This document shows, piece by piece, positions 27,360-37,003 of a stretch of DNA of 64,000 bases. Under the pieces are notes generated by a model, which ran no database searches, was not told the DNA's origin, and saw only the letters and a list, made by a program, of their open reading frames with translations. This DNA comes from an uncultured Candidatus Binatia bacterium (GTDB lineage Bacteria > Desulfobacterota > Binatia > Bin18): the NCBI GenBank assembly GCA_965218395.1, contig OZ244620.1, positions 2,961,546-3,025,545 on the forward strand, written 5' to 3'. The position numbers and the translations under genes were made by a program. Each line of letters begins with the position of its first letter. Position 1 is the stretch's first letter.

Positions 27360-27391
27360 ACCAGGGTCGGAGCAACTGTCTTGGTAGAAAA

Positions 27392-27862
27392 CTATTCATT
27401 AAACTTCCAGGTGTTCTCTGCCGCGCCGCTGACCTTCCAGCGCGGCACAACGATATTGGCCTCGTTGGTCTGCTCAAATTCTACGCTGACGGGCAGACCG
27501 ATAGCAACGTCTTCTTCATCGTCCAGCATGACCCCGCCGACGCGGACGAGCGAGCCGTCGGCTTCGTAGCAGTCGTCCAACTCAATCAGGCCGACAACAT
27601 AGGGGACGGCTTCGACAAAGGCGCCCAGGATGGGCTGGGTCACGACGATATAGCTGTGGAGCACGCCGGTTCCGGCGGTCTCAAACCAGCCGAGGTCCAT
27701 GGAGTTGCATTTATTGCAGGCGGGGAAGGGCGGAAACCATTTGTGTCCGCAGTCTTTGCACTGGCGCACGAGATATTTGTGTTCTTTGGTGGCCATCCAC
27801 CATTCGACGGTATCGAAGTCGGGTGTGATCGTGATTTTGCTGTAATCAATCGGACCAGGCAT
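27392..27862 (-). CDS. DUF35 OB-fold/zinc-ribbon protein (thiolase partner)
   Basis: Zn-ribbon CKDCGHKWFPPFPACNKC plus an OB-fold. AAAGGAG RBS. Overlaps the upstream thiolase stop. Confidence 0.8.
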   Translation of the reverse strand: MPGPIDYSKITITPDFDTVEWWMATKEHKYLVRQCKDCGHKWFPPFPACNKCNSMDLGWFETAGTGVLHSYIVVTQPILGAFVEAVPYVVGLIELDDCYEADGSLVRVGGVMLDDEEDVAIGLPVSVEFEQTNEANIVVPRWKVSGAAENTWKFNE

Positions 27863-27875
27863 AGTCAGCGCTCCT

Positions 27876-29105
27876 TTAGGCTGAAATCCCGCGCAGAATG
27901 GCGGAACTCGACATGGTTTCCGTTCCCCAACCGAGACAGGCCGCAATGCGGGCGTCTTTCACCTGGCGACAGCCGGCCTGACGGTCGTAGCTGTGTTTGC
28001 CCTCTGCCCAGCCGGGACAGGCGTCATCGGCGCGGTGGCGGAGTTGGCGCACGTTCTCAATCACCATGCTCACCCCGTGGGTATAGCCTTCGGACAGATG
28101 CCCCCCGGAGAGGTTGGACGGCAGTTCGTGGTCAATCTGCAAACGACCACCTTTCACAAATTCACCCGCCTCGCCTTTACCGCAGAAACCGTAGGCTTCG
28201 AGCTGGATGAGGGTGGTGAAGGTGAACGCGTCGTAGCACGAAATCAGGTTCACGTCTTTCTGGCTGATCCCGGCCATGCCGAACAAACGCTTGCGGCCAT
28301 AATTTCCGGCGACGTAGTGAATCTCCGGGCGCGAGTAGTTCCAGGCCGCGTTGGGCGCCATGGTCCGCCCCGTCCCACCCATAATGAAAACCGGCGGCTG
28401 ACGCAGGTCATAGGCGCGTTCACGCGAAGTGACAATGAGACAGGCCGAGACGTCGGTTTCGAGGCAACAGTCGAGCAGGCGCAGGGGTTTGACCACCCAG
28501 CGTGAATTCTGGTGATCTTCAATCGTGATGGGGTGACGCATGACCGCCTTGGGGTTCAGGCTGGCGTGATAACGATGGGCGACCGCGATTTCGGCCAGCG
28601 ACTTGGTCGTCGTGCCGGTGTCGCGTAAATAGCGCATGGCGGACATGCCGAAGCGTTGGGCCGGCGAGGTCCAGCCCCAGGGCATCATGAACTGATTATC
28701 CTCGGCCGCCCGGGTGGGCGGCACCGGACCGCTCGGCGCCTGCCCGCCCATGCGTCGCCCGGAGCGACCGTTCATGGAGCGGAAGATCAGCATGGTCTTG
28801 CAATAGCCGGCTTCCAGCAGGCCGATCGTGTTGCCGATCAGGGCCTCGGTACTCGACCCTCCGCCGAGAATATCGACCGAATAGTTGAGCCGCATGCCGA
28901 GCGACGTGGCGATATGATTCGAGGTGGTTGAATCCCCGGCTTGATAGCTGGTCATACCGTCGATATCGCGCGGCTCCAGGCCGGCATCGGCCATGGCCTT
29001 TTTGACCGCCTCACACGCCATGGACAAAGTGGTGCGATTGGATGGGCGCATATGCGGCGTTTCTCCCACGCCGACAATGCAGTATTTGTCAGTCAGTGCC
29101 CCCAT
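27876..29105 (-). CDS. Thiolase-like protein (SCP-x/nonspecific lipid-transfer-type thiolase)
   Basis: 409 aa thiolase fold. Paired with the DUF35 gene, as in lipid/steroid side-chain degradation clusters. Confidence 0.85.
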   Translation of the reverse strand: MGALTDKYCIVGVGETPHMRPSNRTTLSMACEAVKKAMADAGLEPRDIDGMTSYQAGDSTTSNHIATSLGMRLNYSVDILGGGSSTEALIGNTIGLLEAGYCKTMLIFRSMNGRSGRRMGGQAPSGPVPPTRAAEDNQFMMPWGWTSPAQRFGMSAMRYLRDTGTTTKSLAEIAVAHRYHASLNPKAVMRHPITIEDHQNSRWVVKPLRLLDCCLETDVSACLIVTSRERAYDLRQPPVFIMGGTGRTMAPNAAWNYSRPEIHYVAGNYGRKRLFGMAGISQKDVNLISCYDAFTFTTLIQLEAYGFCGKGEAGEFVKGGRLQIDHELPSNLSGGHLSEGYTHGVSMVIENVRQLRHRADDACPGWAEGKHSYDRQAGCRQVKDARIAACLGWGTETMSSSAILRGISA

Positions 29106-29153
29106 ACTTCCCTCCTTTTCCCCTGGTTTCAGTTCGCACGATATTCCATCCCC

Positions 29154-29183
29154 TCCTGGGACGTGTGATGCACATTCCCAGGA
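29154..29183. repeat. 30-nt hairpin TCCTGGGA-C-GTGTG-ATG-CACAT-TCCCAGGA
   Basis: 8-bp stem, 1-nt bulge, then a 5-bp stem. It lies in the intergenic region between the LLM gene stop and the thiolase start. Confidence 0.35.
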
Positions 29184-29241
29184 ACCCGCGCTCGCCAGAC
29201 GCGCGGTGGCCGCCAGGCCGGGGTGGGTTCCTGCCTCTCTC

Positions 29242-30270
29242 TTACGTATTCATCTGTAATCTCACTTCCTGAACGAATTCTCGGTAGCGTCCAGGGTCCT
29301 GACGCTCTGAGGCCCCAAAGCCAATGATGAGGCGGTCCAGGAGCCCGCTATACCGGGCGGCCAGTTTTGTGGCAATGGTGTCATAGGTGCCGATGACGGC
29401 GATTTCATCCAGCATCTCGTCGCTAATTTCCGCCGCCATGCCGTCCCAGTCGCCCCTGGCGGCTTTTTCGTTCAGCCGAAAGCAGGTCTCTCCCCAGCCG
29501 TGCGCGTCGAGTACGCCCTTATAGGTCCGCGTTGAGGCATAAAAGGCGACCTGTTGCCGCACCGCGCCGACGGCTTGCCGGACTTCGTCCGGCGTGGCGC
29601 CGCTGGCAATAAACGTCCCGGTTTGCAGGGTGAAGTCCGCCCGCTGCCGGCCGGCCTTGGCGAGGCCCTTTTCAATATTGGGCAGTACGGTTTCCTTGAG
29701 ATAGGTCGGGGTGTGAAAATTGTGGACAAAAAAGCCGTCCGCCACCTCGCCGGCAAGCCGGCTGATCAAGGGATTCAGGCCAGAGAGAATAATGGGAATG
29801 TGCGGCTGCTCGATCGGGCCGGGATTAAAGAACGGCGTCATCAGCGAGAATTGATAAAACTCGCCTGCGAAATTGAGCGCGCTGCCATTCTGCCAGCAGT
29901 CCCAGATGGCTCGCAGCGACAGCACGACTTCGCGCAGGCGCTTCACCGGGGCCTCCCATTTGACGCTAAAACGCCGCTGGTTGTGGCCCTTGACCTGGGT
30001 GCCCAGCCCGAGCATGAAGCGCCCACCGGAGTTGGCCTGTAAATCCCAGCAGATATTTGCCAGCACCATGGGACTGCGCGGAAAGACAATGGCCACACCG
30101 GTGCCAAGCTGGATACGTTCGGTTTCCCCGGCGGCGACCACGAGGGGAAAAAACGGATCGTGGCTGGTCTCCGCAGTCCACAACCCATCCAGGCCCAACT
30201 CTTCAGCCTGGCGAGCAGCCGTGGCCGCGGCCGCAAAGGTCGAGGGCATCAGGGCCGTATCGATTTTCAT
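29242..30270 (-). CDS. LLM-class (luciferase-like) flavin/F420-dependent oxidoreductase
   Basis: 342 aa TIM-barrel LLM signature (LGLDGLWTAETSHDPF...). Confidence 0.85.
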   Translation of the reverse strand: MKIDTALMPSTFAAAATAARQAEELGLDGLWTAETSHDPFFPLVVAAGETERIQLGTGVAIVFPRSPMVLANICWDLQANSGGRFMLGLGTQVKGHNQRRFSVKWEAPVKRLREVVLSLRAIWDCWQNGSALNFAGEFYQFSLMTPFFNPGPIEQPHIPIILSGLNPLISRLAGEVADGFFVHNFHTPTYLKETVLPNIEKGLAKAGRQRADFTLQTGTFIASGATPDEVRQAVGAVRQQVAFYASTRTYKGVLDAHGWGETCFRLNEKAARGDWDGMAAEISDEMLDEIAVIGTYDTIATKLAARYSGLLDRLIIGFGASERQDPGRYREFVQEVRLQMNT

Positions 30271-30279
30271 TGTCGGCTC

Positions 30280-31434
30280 CTAATACGACCGCGGCATGCC
30301 CAGCACGTGCTCGGCAATAAAATTGAGCACCATATTGTTTGAGATCGGCGCGATTGAGAACAAGCGGCTCTCACGGAACTTGCGCTCCACGTCATACTCT
30401 GACGCAAAACCATACCCGCCATGAGTATCGATAGCCGCGTTTGCCGCGGCCCAGGAGGCCTGCGAGCACAAGAGCTTGGCCATATTGGCCTCGGCGCCAC
30501 ACGCTTCACCCGCGTCAAACAAGTCAGAGGCGCGAAAGCGCATGAGGTCCGCGGCCTCAGTCTGGGCATACGCCTGGGCGAGTGGAAACTGGATGCCCTG
30601 GTTCTTGGTGATGGGCCGCCCGAAAATCTCGCGTTGATTGCCGTACTGGACGGCGCGCCTGATAAACCAGCGGGCGTCACCAATGGCCTCGGAGGCGACC
30701 AGGATACGCTCGGCATTCATCCCGTCGAGAATATGGTAGAAGCCGCTGCCTTCCTCGCCAATCAGGTTTTCGACCGGGACTTTGAGCTCGTGGAAAAAGA
30801 GCTGATTGGTTTCGTGGTTAATCATGGCGTCAATCGGGCGCACTTCGACGGCGTCTCCGGCCTCACGCAAATCCACGAGAAAGATACTCATGCCGAGCGT
30901 TCTTTTGGGGCTCTCGTCGTACGGCGTGGTCCGGGCCAGCAGGAGCAGCATATCGGAGTGCTGCACCCGGGAGGTAAAAATTTTACCACCGTTCACAATA
31001 TAATAGTCACCGTCTCTCTTGGCCGTGGTGCGAATATGCGTCGTGTCAGAGCCGGCGTCCGGCTCGGTGACGCCAAAGGCCTGGAGTCGAAGCTCTCCGC
31101 TCGCAATCCGGGGCAAATAGCGCTGTTTCTGTTCGGCGCTGCCGTGCCGGAGCAGGGAACCCATGATATACATCTGGGCATGGCAGGCGGCGGCATTGCC
31201 GCCCGAGCGGTTGATCTCTTCTAAAATAACGCTGGCCTCTGTCACCGTCAGTCCCGAGCCACCGTATTGTTCGGGGATGAGGGCCGCCAGCCAGCCGGCC
31301 TGTGTCAGCTCATCGACAAACTGCTCAGGGTAGTGATTTTCCTTATCGAGTTTGCGCCAATATTCGTCTCCGTACTGGCTACAGAATTTGCGTATCTCAC
31401 TCCGAATTTCAGGACAGCGTTCTTTTTTTGACAC
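30280..31434 (-). CDS. Acyl-CoA dehydrogenase
   Basis: 384 aa with ACAD N-terminal, middle and C-terminal domains. Confidence 0.9.
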   Translation of the reverse strand: MSKKERCPEIRSEIRKFCSQYGDEYWRKLDKENHYPEQFVDELTQAGWLAALIPEQYGGSGLTVTEASVILEEINRSGGNAAACHAQMYIMGSLLRHGSAEQKQRYLPRIASGELRLQAFGVTEPDAGSDTTHIRTTAKRDGDYYIVNGGKIFTSRVQHSDMLLLLARTTPYDESPKRTLGMSIFLVDLREAGDAVEVRPIDAMINHETNQLFFHELKVPVENLIGEEGSGFYHILDGMNAERILVASEAIGDARWFIRRAVQYGNQREIFGRPITKNQGIQFPLAQAYAQTEAADLMRFRASDLFDAGEACGAEANMAKLLCSQASWAAANAAIDTHGGYGFASEYDVERKFRESRLFSIAPISNNMVLNFIAEHVLGMPRSY

Positions 31435-31492
31435 TGGGTTTCCTCCCTCTCTCTACAGGACTGGCCGCGACACCATTGCGCGCGTGTCTGTT

Positions 31493-32236
31493 TTACTCTC
31501 TCGTCAACAGCAGGTCGGGACGCAGGACGGTATTACCGCGGGCCAGGCTGTTCACGGTCGCCTTGGAGACCATGACCGCCGTCGGGTTTTTATCGGCCAG
31601 GCTGCGGGCCAGGGCGTACGCGGTCGGCAGCAGGTCTGCCTGGGGGACTACCTGGTTGACCAGCCCGAGCCGGAGGGCTTCGTCCGCCTTCAGGTGCCGG
31701 CAGTTGAGGATGATGTCCTTGGCTCGATTCGGCCCCACACTGGCGACCAGCAGGGCGGTTGAGGGGGGGCTCAGCGGCACGCCGAGGTCTACTTCGGGAA
31801 ACCAGAACTCGGCCTCCTCAACCGCTATCCGAAAATCGCACGCCAGCGCCAGCGACCAGCCGCCGCCAATCGCGTAGCCGTTGATGGCGGCAATCACGAC
31901 CGGCTCCATGCTGGCAAACATATCGAGCGTGCGGGCAATGGCGCGCGTCCAGCGTTTGCCCAGCGGGGCGAAGATTTTGCGCCGCTCCCGGCGATCGCTG
32001 ATGCCTCTGATGGGCGAGAGGTCGGCGCCGGCTGAAAACGTATTGCCCGTTCCGGTAAAAACAACCACGCGAATGTCGGTATCGTCGCGTATCTGGTATT
32101 GCAGGCGCTCCAGTTCCAGGGCAATGTCTTCGTTGAGTGGATTGCGCTTCTCCGGGCGGTTAAAGGTGAGCGTGGCAATGGTTCCGTCTTTTTCCAAAAG
32201 AAAATGATCTGGCACAGCGGACCCCCTTGGCGGCAT
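31493..32236 (-). CDS. Enoyl-CoA hydratase/isomerase family protein
   Basis: Crotonase fold (GTGNTFSAGADL). Confidence 0.85.
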   Translation of the reverse strand: MPPRGSAVPDHFLLEKDGTIATLTFNRPEKRNPLNEDIALELERLQYQIRDDTDIRVVVFTGTGNTFSAGADLSPIRGISDRRERRKIFAPLGKRWTRAIARTLDMFASMEPVVIAAINGYAIGGGWSLALACDFRIAVEEAEFWFPEVDLGVPLSPPSTALLVASVGPNRAKDIILNCRHLKADEALRLGLVNQVVPQADLLPTAYALARSLADKNPTAVMVSKATVNSLARGNTVLRPDLLLTRE

Positions 32237-32352
32237 ACAATAACGGCCTCATCTAAGCGGACGCCCCGCCGTCTGGCAAGAGAGGCGGACGCGGCCTTTC
32301 TCTTGGAAATAGGCTATGCTTAGTCCGAGTTGAGCAGATAAAGGAGGACGGT

Positions 32353-33123
32353 ATGGAGCTTGGACTCTCAAACAAGGTGGCAATGATTAGCGGAGCGAGT
32401 CGCGGTATTGGGCGCGCCATGGCCCTGGGACTGGCCGCGGAAGGCTGTCGCTTGAGCCTGTGCGCGCGGGGCCGAGAGCAGCTTGAGGCCACCGCCCAAG
32501 AAGTCCGAGGGACGGGTGTTGAGGTGCTGGCCACGGCGCTGGACGTGAGCCAGGAAGCCGAGGCGCGACGCTGGGTCGAAGCCACGCAGCAACATTTTGG
32601 CGGGATCGATATTCTCATCAACAATGTCGGTGGGTCGCGTCCGGGCGGCAATCTGGGCGCCTCTCGGCAGGACTGGCAGGCCGGCTTTGCCCTCAATTTC
32701 TTTTCTGCGCTGGACCTGTGCCAGTTGGTCGTCCCGATCATGGAAGAACGCCAGGCGGGCTGTGTGATTAATATTGCTTCGATCTACGGCCGCGAGTGGG
32801 GCGGACCGATGACCTATAACGCCGCAAAGGCCGCCATGATTAGCCTGTCCAAAGAAATGGCCCGCGCGCTTGCTCCCAAGGGGATTCGGGTCAACAGCGT
32901 TGCGCCGGGGTCGATTCTCTTCCCTGGGGGAGCGTGGGAACAAAGACAAAAAGAAAACCCCGAGGGCATTGCCGCCTTTGTCAAAGCCGAACTGCCGGTC
33001 GGCCGTTTCGGCAAGCCGGAAGAAGTAGCAGATGTGGTTGTCTTCTTGGCTTCGGAACGCGCCCAGTGGGTTTCCGGGGCGTGCATTACTGTTGACGGCT
33101 GTCAGTCACGCTCGTTGATTTAA
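32353..33123 (+). CDS. SDR-family oxidoreductase
   Basis: ISGASRGIGRAMA cofactor motif and a YxxxK region. Confidence 0.9.
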   Translation: MELGLSNKVAMISGASRGIGRAMALGLAAEGCRLSLCARGREQLEATAQEVRGTGVEVLATALDVSQEAEARRWVEATQQHFGGIDILINNVGGSRPGGNLGASRQDWQAGFALNFFSALDLCQLVVPIMEERQAGCVINIASIYGREWGGPMTYNAAKAAMISLSKEMARALAPKGIRVNSVAPGSILFPGGAWEQRQKENPEGIAAFVKAELPVGRFGKPEEVADVVVFLASERAQWVSGACITVDGCQSRSLI

Positions 33124-33198
33124 GCTGACGGGAGAGTCTTGATTGTCATTGGATATTTTATTATTCTTTTGGTTATCAAACTTATAAGGCTAAAGATA

Positions 33199-33441
33199 AT
33201 GGGAGCAATCGCCGTATCAAAGGAGACGGAACAACAGATTGAACGACTCCGGAAAGCGTTAGGCATTCCCAGTAAGGCCGGTATTCTGCGAGTGGCCTTA
33301 CAAACCTTAGAGGAGAAAACGGAAAAAGAGCGGCTCCGAGCGGCAATTCGAGAATCTGTACGCCATTGTGCGGTCGCTGATCAGGAAGAAAATCGCGCCT
33401 TATTTCCTGCGAGTACGGCTCACACTCTTCCCGAGGAGTAG
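33199..33441 (+). CDS. Antitoxin (probable RHH-type) of a PemK/MazF-like TA pair
   Basis: 80 aa. Begins after an AT-rich stretch (33124-33198) and stops 8 nt before the toxin start. Confidence 0.5.
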   Translation: MGAIAVSKETEQQIERLRKALGIPSKAGILRVALQTLEEKTEKERLRAAIRESVRHCAVADQEENRALFPASTAHTLPEE

Positions 33442-33448
33442 ATGCCCG

Positions 33449-33793
33449 ATGGAGATCAAACGCGGGCATGTGTATATTGTTGACTTTAATCCTCGGGTCA
33501 GGACCAAACCGGGTAAGCTGCGTCCGGCGGTGGTCTTGCAGTCGAATTTGGTGAACGAAGCCGGCTATCCTTCGACTATTGTCATTCCAACAACAACCCG
33601 TTTGGTTGAGAAGCCTGGCATCCTCCGCTTCCATATGGAGAAAGGTCAAGCTGGTCTTGAGCGGGACAGTGATTTTCTTTTGGGCCAACTAATTGCGGTA
33701 GCCAACGCCTCTTTCCGGCAAGAGATCGGCGTGTTACCGAGCGCTACGATGCGGGAAATGGAAAGCCGGGTACGCATTATTTTGAATCTCTAA
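33449..33793 (+). CDS. PemK/MazF-family toxin (mRNA interferase)
   Basis: MEIKRGHVYIVDFNPRVRTKPGKLRPAVVLQSN... matches the MazF/PemK pattern RGDIYxVDLxPxxGxExxGxRPxVVL. GAGGAG RBS. Confidence 0.75.
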   Translation: MEIKRGHVYIVDFNPRVRTKPGKLRPAVVLQSNLVNEAGYPSTIVIPTTTRLVEKPGILRFHMEKGQAGLERDSDFLLGQLIAVANASFRQEIGVLPSATMREMESRVRIILNL

Positions 33794-33898
33794 ACACTCA
33801 CGCTGTGTGAGAATGACGCCCGATGAGACGCAAGGCCAACCCGGGCGAATTGCTCCCCTGAGTTGCTGAGAACGGGGAGAGGGAAGTTGGAGAGAAGC

Positions 33899-34702
33899 AT
33901 GCATGAGCGCTACGAAACCCTGGAACTGCGGCGGGACACCGACCTCTTATGGCTCGTTTTGAACCGCCCGGCGTCGCTGAACGCCATGAATAGTCCGCTG
34001 GTCAACGAGCTGCACGGCGTGCTCGACGAATTGCACCAGGATCAGGCCGTCCGGGTGGTCATCCTGCGCGGCGCGGGCCGCGGCTTTTGCGCCGGGCTGG
34101 ACCTCAAACAGTCCAGCGCCGCAACCGGCACCTATTCCGTGGCCCAGGGCCTGCAGGACCAGCGCCGGATCGCCGAGTTGGCGATTAAAATTCACCGCGC
34201 CCCGCAGCCGTTTATTGCCGCGGTTCACGGCCCGGCCGCCGGGGGCGGTTTTGCCCTGGCCCTGGCGAGCGATATCCGCATTGTTGGGGAATCCGCACGC
34301 ATGAACGCGGCCTTTATCCGCATCGGGCTGTCGGCCTGCGATGTAGGCGTGAGTTATTTTCTGCCCCGGCTGGTCGGCTCTTCGGTCGCTTCCGAGCTTT
34401 TGCTGACCGGGGACTTTATTGATGCGCAGCGCGCCCTGGCAACTGGGCTGGCCTCTCGCCTGGTGCCGGACGCCGAACTGGACCAGGCCGCCGAAGCCAT
34501 GGCCCGCCATATTCTGCGCAACTCGCCCCTGGGAGTGAGGCTGACGAAAGAATGCTTGCGCTACTCGGTTGACGCGCCAACGCTGGAGGCGGCCATTGCG
34601 ATGGAAGATCGGAATCAGATTTTGACCACGCGGACACATGACGTGCGTGAGGGCATTGCGGCTTTTCTGGAGAAACGCGCGCCGCGGTATGAGGATGCCT
34701 GA
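33899..34702 (+). CDS. Enoyl-CoA hydratase/isomerase family protein
   Basis: Crotonase fold (RGFCAGLDL). Confidence 0.85.
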   Translation: MHERYETLELRRDTDLLWLVLNRPASLNAMNSPLVNELHGVLDELHQDQAVRVVILRGAGRGFCAGLDLKQSSAATGTYSVAQGLQDQRRIAELAIKIHRAPQPFIAAVHGPAAGGGFALALASDIRIVGESARMNAAFIRIGLSACDVGVSYFLPRLVGSSVASELLLTGDFIDAQRALATGLASRLVPDAELDQAAEAMARHILRNSPLGVRLTKECLRYSVDAPTLEAAIAMEDRNQILTTRTHDVREGIAAFLEKRAPRYEDA

Positions 34703-34735
34703 CGGACGCCTGTCGTCCGAAGATGTTTTACTGTG

Positions 34736-34760
34736 TAGGGGCAACCCCCTGTGGTTGCCC
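34736..34760. repeat. Second copy of the 26-nt palindromic element GTAGGGGCAACCCCCTGTGGTTGCCC
   Basis: Near-identical to the copy at 2045-2070. Lies 34 nt after the hydratase stop. Confidence 0.6.
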
Positions 34761-34786
34761 GTTGCACGGCAGGTTGCAGCATACGC

Positions 34787-35497
34787 CTAGAGGGCGAGCA
34801 GACGGGGGAGTTCAGTAATACTCGGCAGGATATAGTCCGCCTGCTCCTGGCGCATGACGGCGTCGGTGCTGGTCCCGGTGAGGACCCCGACGGTGGCGAC
34901 CCCGGCGGCTTTGCCGGCCTGAATATCAATGGGCGAGTCGCCAATATACACCGCCTGGTGAGGCTCAAGCCGGAGATGTGCCAGGCACTTCAGAACGGGT
35001 TCCGGATGGGGTTTCCGGTGGGTGACGTCTTCCCGGCCGACGATGCCGCCAAAGAGGTGGCGCACGCCCCAGGTATCAAGAAAAGGCAGGGCGCGGCCGG
35101 ATGAGGTGGCGATCCCGAGTTGAAAACCCTGGTGATGCAGCCGATGCAGGAGTTCGAGACTGCCCGGAACGGCCTGCGTCTCTTCATGATAGCGTCGCAA
35201 CCATGCGTCCATCCGACTGTCGGTGATGCGCTTGAGACGGTCCGCCGGGTCGGGATAGTCGGGGGGAAAGAGCTGGACGAGCGGATTCTCGACCCCGCGG
35301 CGCATCAACTCATACACCCGGTCGCGTGGCACCGGGGGAATACCGGCCAGGGCCAGCACCTCTAAGGCGATCTCATAGAAAAACTCGACCGACTGGGCGA
35401 GCGTCCCATCCACATCGAAGATAAGGCCGCTGGCGTGTATGCGACACTGAGTAGACAGGCCAGCATCCGCATGTCTGTTGAGGGCAGGTTTACTCAT
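34787..35497 (-). CDS. HAD-family hydrolase (phosphoglycolate phosphatase-like)
   Basis: IFDVDGTL motif I, plus motifs II and III. Start chosen at an ATG adjacent to the coaE stop. Confidence 0.75.
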   Translation of the reverse strand: MSKPALNRHADAGLSTQCRIHASGLIFDVDGTLAQSVEFFYEIALEVLALAGIPPVPRDRVYELMRRGVENPLVQLFPPDYPDPADRLKRITDSRMDAWLRRYHEETQAVPGSLELLHRLHHQGFQLGIATSSGRALPFLDTWGVRHLFGGIVGREDVTHRKPHPEPVLKCLAHLRLEPHQAVYIGDSPIDIQAGKAAGVATVGVLTGTSTDAVMRQEQADYILPSITELPRLLAL

Positions 35498-35498
35498 C

Positions 35499-36095
35499 TC
35501 ATTCGCTGAGCTGATCCCAGGCCTGTTGGACGTGCTGCTCAAGGGCTTGGAGTGAGCCGTTATTGCGGATGACCACCTGGGCGTGTGTGCGGCGCTGTGC
35601 GTTTGAAAGCTGGTTCGCAATGCGGGCTTCGGCGTCCGCGGCGGACATGCCGCGTTGTTCGGCCACACGACGAATGGCCGCGTCTTTGTCGGTCTCGACC
35701 ACCCAGACCGTGTCGGCCAGGGGCAGCCAGTTGGCTTCAATCAGGATAGCCGCCTCAACCACAATGGGCAGGCCAAATCCCGCGGCGCGCTTGGCCTGGA
35801 TACGCTGCCGGATTTCCTCGAACATAATCGGGTGGACGATGGCGTTGAGCCGGGCGAGTGCGTCCGGACTACCAAAGGCAATGGCTCCGAGTTTTTTGCG
35901 ATCTATGGTCTGGTCTTCCGCGACGATTTCCCGTCCGAAGGTGTCGGTGACCTGTTTCCAGGCGGGCTGACCGGGCAGATAGATTTCGTGTCCGACGATG
36001 TCTGCGTCAATAATATAGGCCCCAAGTGTGGCCAGGAGCTTGGAGACCGTACTTTTGCCTGAGCCGATCCCACCGGTGAGTCCAATGGTTTTCAT
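35499..36095 (-). CDS. coaE: Dephospho-CoA kinase
   Basis: MKTIGLTGGIGSGKSTV P-loop. 198 aa. Confidence 0.9.
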   Translation of the reverse strand: MKTIGLTGGIGSGKSTVSKLLATLGAYIIDADIVGHEIYLPGQPAWKQVTDTFGREIVAEDQTIDRKKLGAIAFGSPDALARLNAIVHPIMFEEIRQRIQAKRAAGFGLPIVVEAAILIEANWLPLADTVWVVETDKDAAIRRVAEQRGMSAADAEARIANQLSNAQRRTHAQVVIRNNGSLQALEQHVQQAWDQLSE

Positions 36096-36229
36096 ATGTC
36101 CCCTGTCGTGCGGAGAATATCACTGCGTTGTTTTGTCAGAGATAGGGGGCGGCTGCAAGGGCGAGACCGGCTTCTCTCTTGCTGGCGGGCATGGTATCAC
36201 GGCGGGCAACGTTATTGTGCGGAGGACGC

Positions 36230-36979
36230 ATGCCATACGCAGACATACGCGGAGTCAGACTCCATTATGAAGACCTTGGCAACGGGCCGCCCTTCCTGTT
36301 ACTGCCCGGAGCGTTGGGAACCGGCCTATCGGATTTCGCGCCACAGTTAGAAGCGCTCCCTCAGCGCGGCATCCGGGTGATTGCGCCCGACCCGCGCGGC
36401 TATGGCAAATCCCGTCCGCCCGCGCGCGAGTTTCCGCCGGACTTTTATCAACACGACGCGCGCGATTTCGTGGCTCTGATGGAGACGCTCGGCTGCTCGA
36501 CCTACGCCGTCGGTGGCTGGAGCGACGGCGCGATTACGAGTTTATTGCTGACCCTGGCCCATCCGCAACGGATAACCAAGATGGCGCTCTGGGGCGGGAA
36601 CGCCTATGTTTCCCCGGAGGATATTGATGCCTACGAGAAAACGCGCCGCGTGGCGGATTGGTCCCCACGCACGGCAGCGCCGATGCAGGCGATGTATGGC
36701 GATGAATTTCAAGCGCTGTGGGCGCGCTGGTGTGACGCCCAGCAGATGCTGTTGAAAGCGGGGGGCGATTTGTGTCGCGAGCGCTTGGCGCAGATTACCT
36801 GCCCCACCTTTCTGATGCATGGCGGCAAGGATCCCTTGGTGCCGCCCTTTCATGCCCATTTTTTACAGCAGGGCATAGCCGGGTCACGCTTACACGTGTT
36901 TCCGGAGGGCAGACATAATATTCATCTCTTTTACGCCGATGCGTTTAACGAGTTATTAGTCGAGTTTCTTCTGTCTTAA
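36230..36979 (+). CDS. Alpha/beta hydrolase
   Basis: GGWSDG nucleophile elbow and an alpha/beta fold. Start chosen after GGAGGA, internal to ORF 36179-36979. Confidence 0.8.
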   Translation: MPYADIRGVRLHYEDLGNGPPFLLLPGALGTGLSDFAPQLEALPQRGIRVIAPDPRGYGKSRPPAREFPPDFYQHDARDFVALMETLGCSTYAVGGWSDGAITSLLLTLAHPQRITKMALWGGNAYVSPEDIDAYEKTRRVADWSPRTAAPMQAMYGDEFQALWARWCDAQQMLLKAGGDLCRERLAQITCPTFLMHGGKDPLVPPFHAHFLQQGIAGSRLHVFPEGRHNIHLFYADAFNELLVEFLLS

Positions 36980-37003
36980 CGGTCGCGATTCAGGGAGGGT
37001 GTT

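Noticed and set aside
27311-28210. 299-aa plus-strand ORF overlapping the thiolase and DUF35 genes
   Set aside because: It is antisense to two genes with clear family signatures, and its translation has no motifs.
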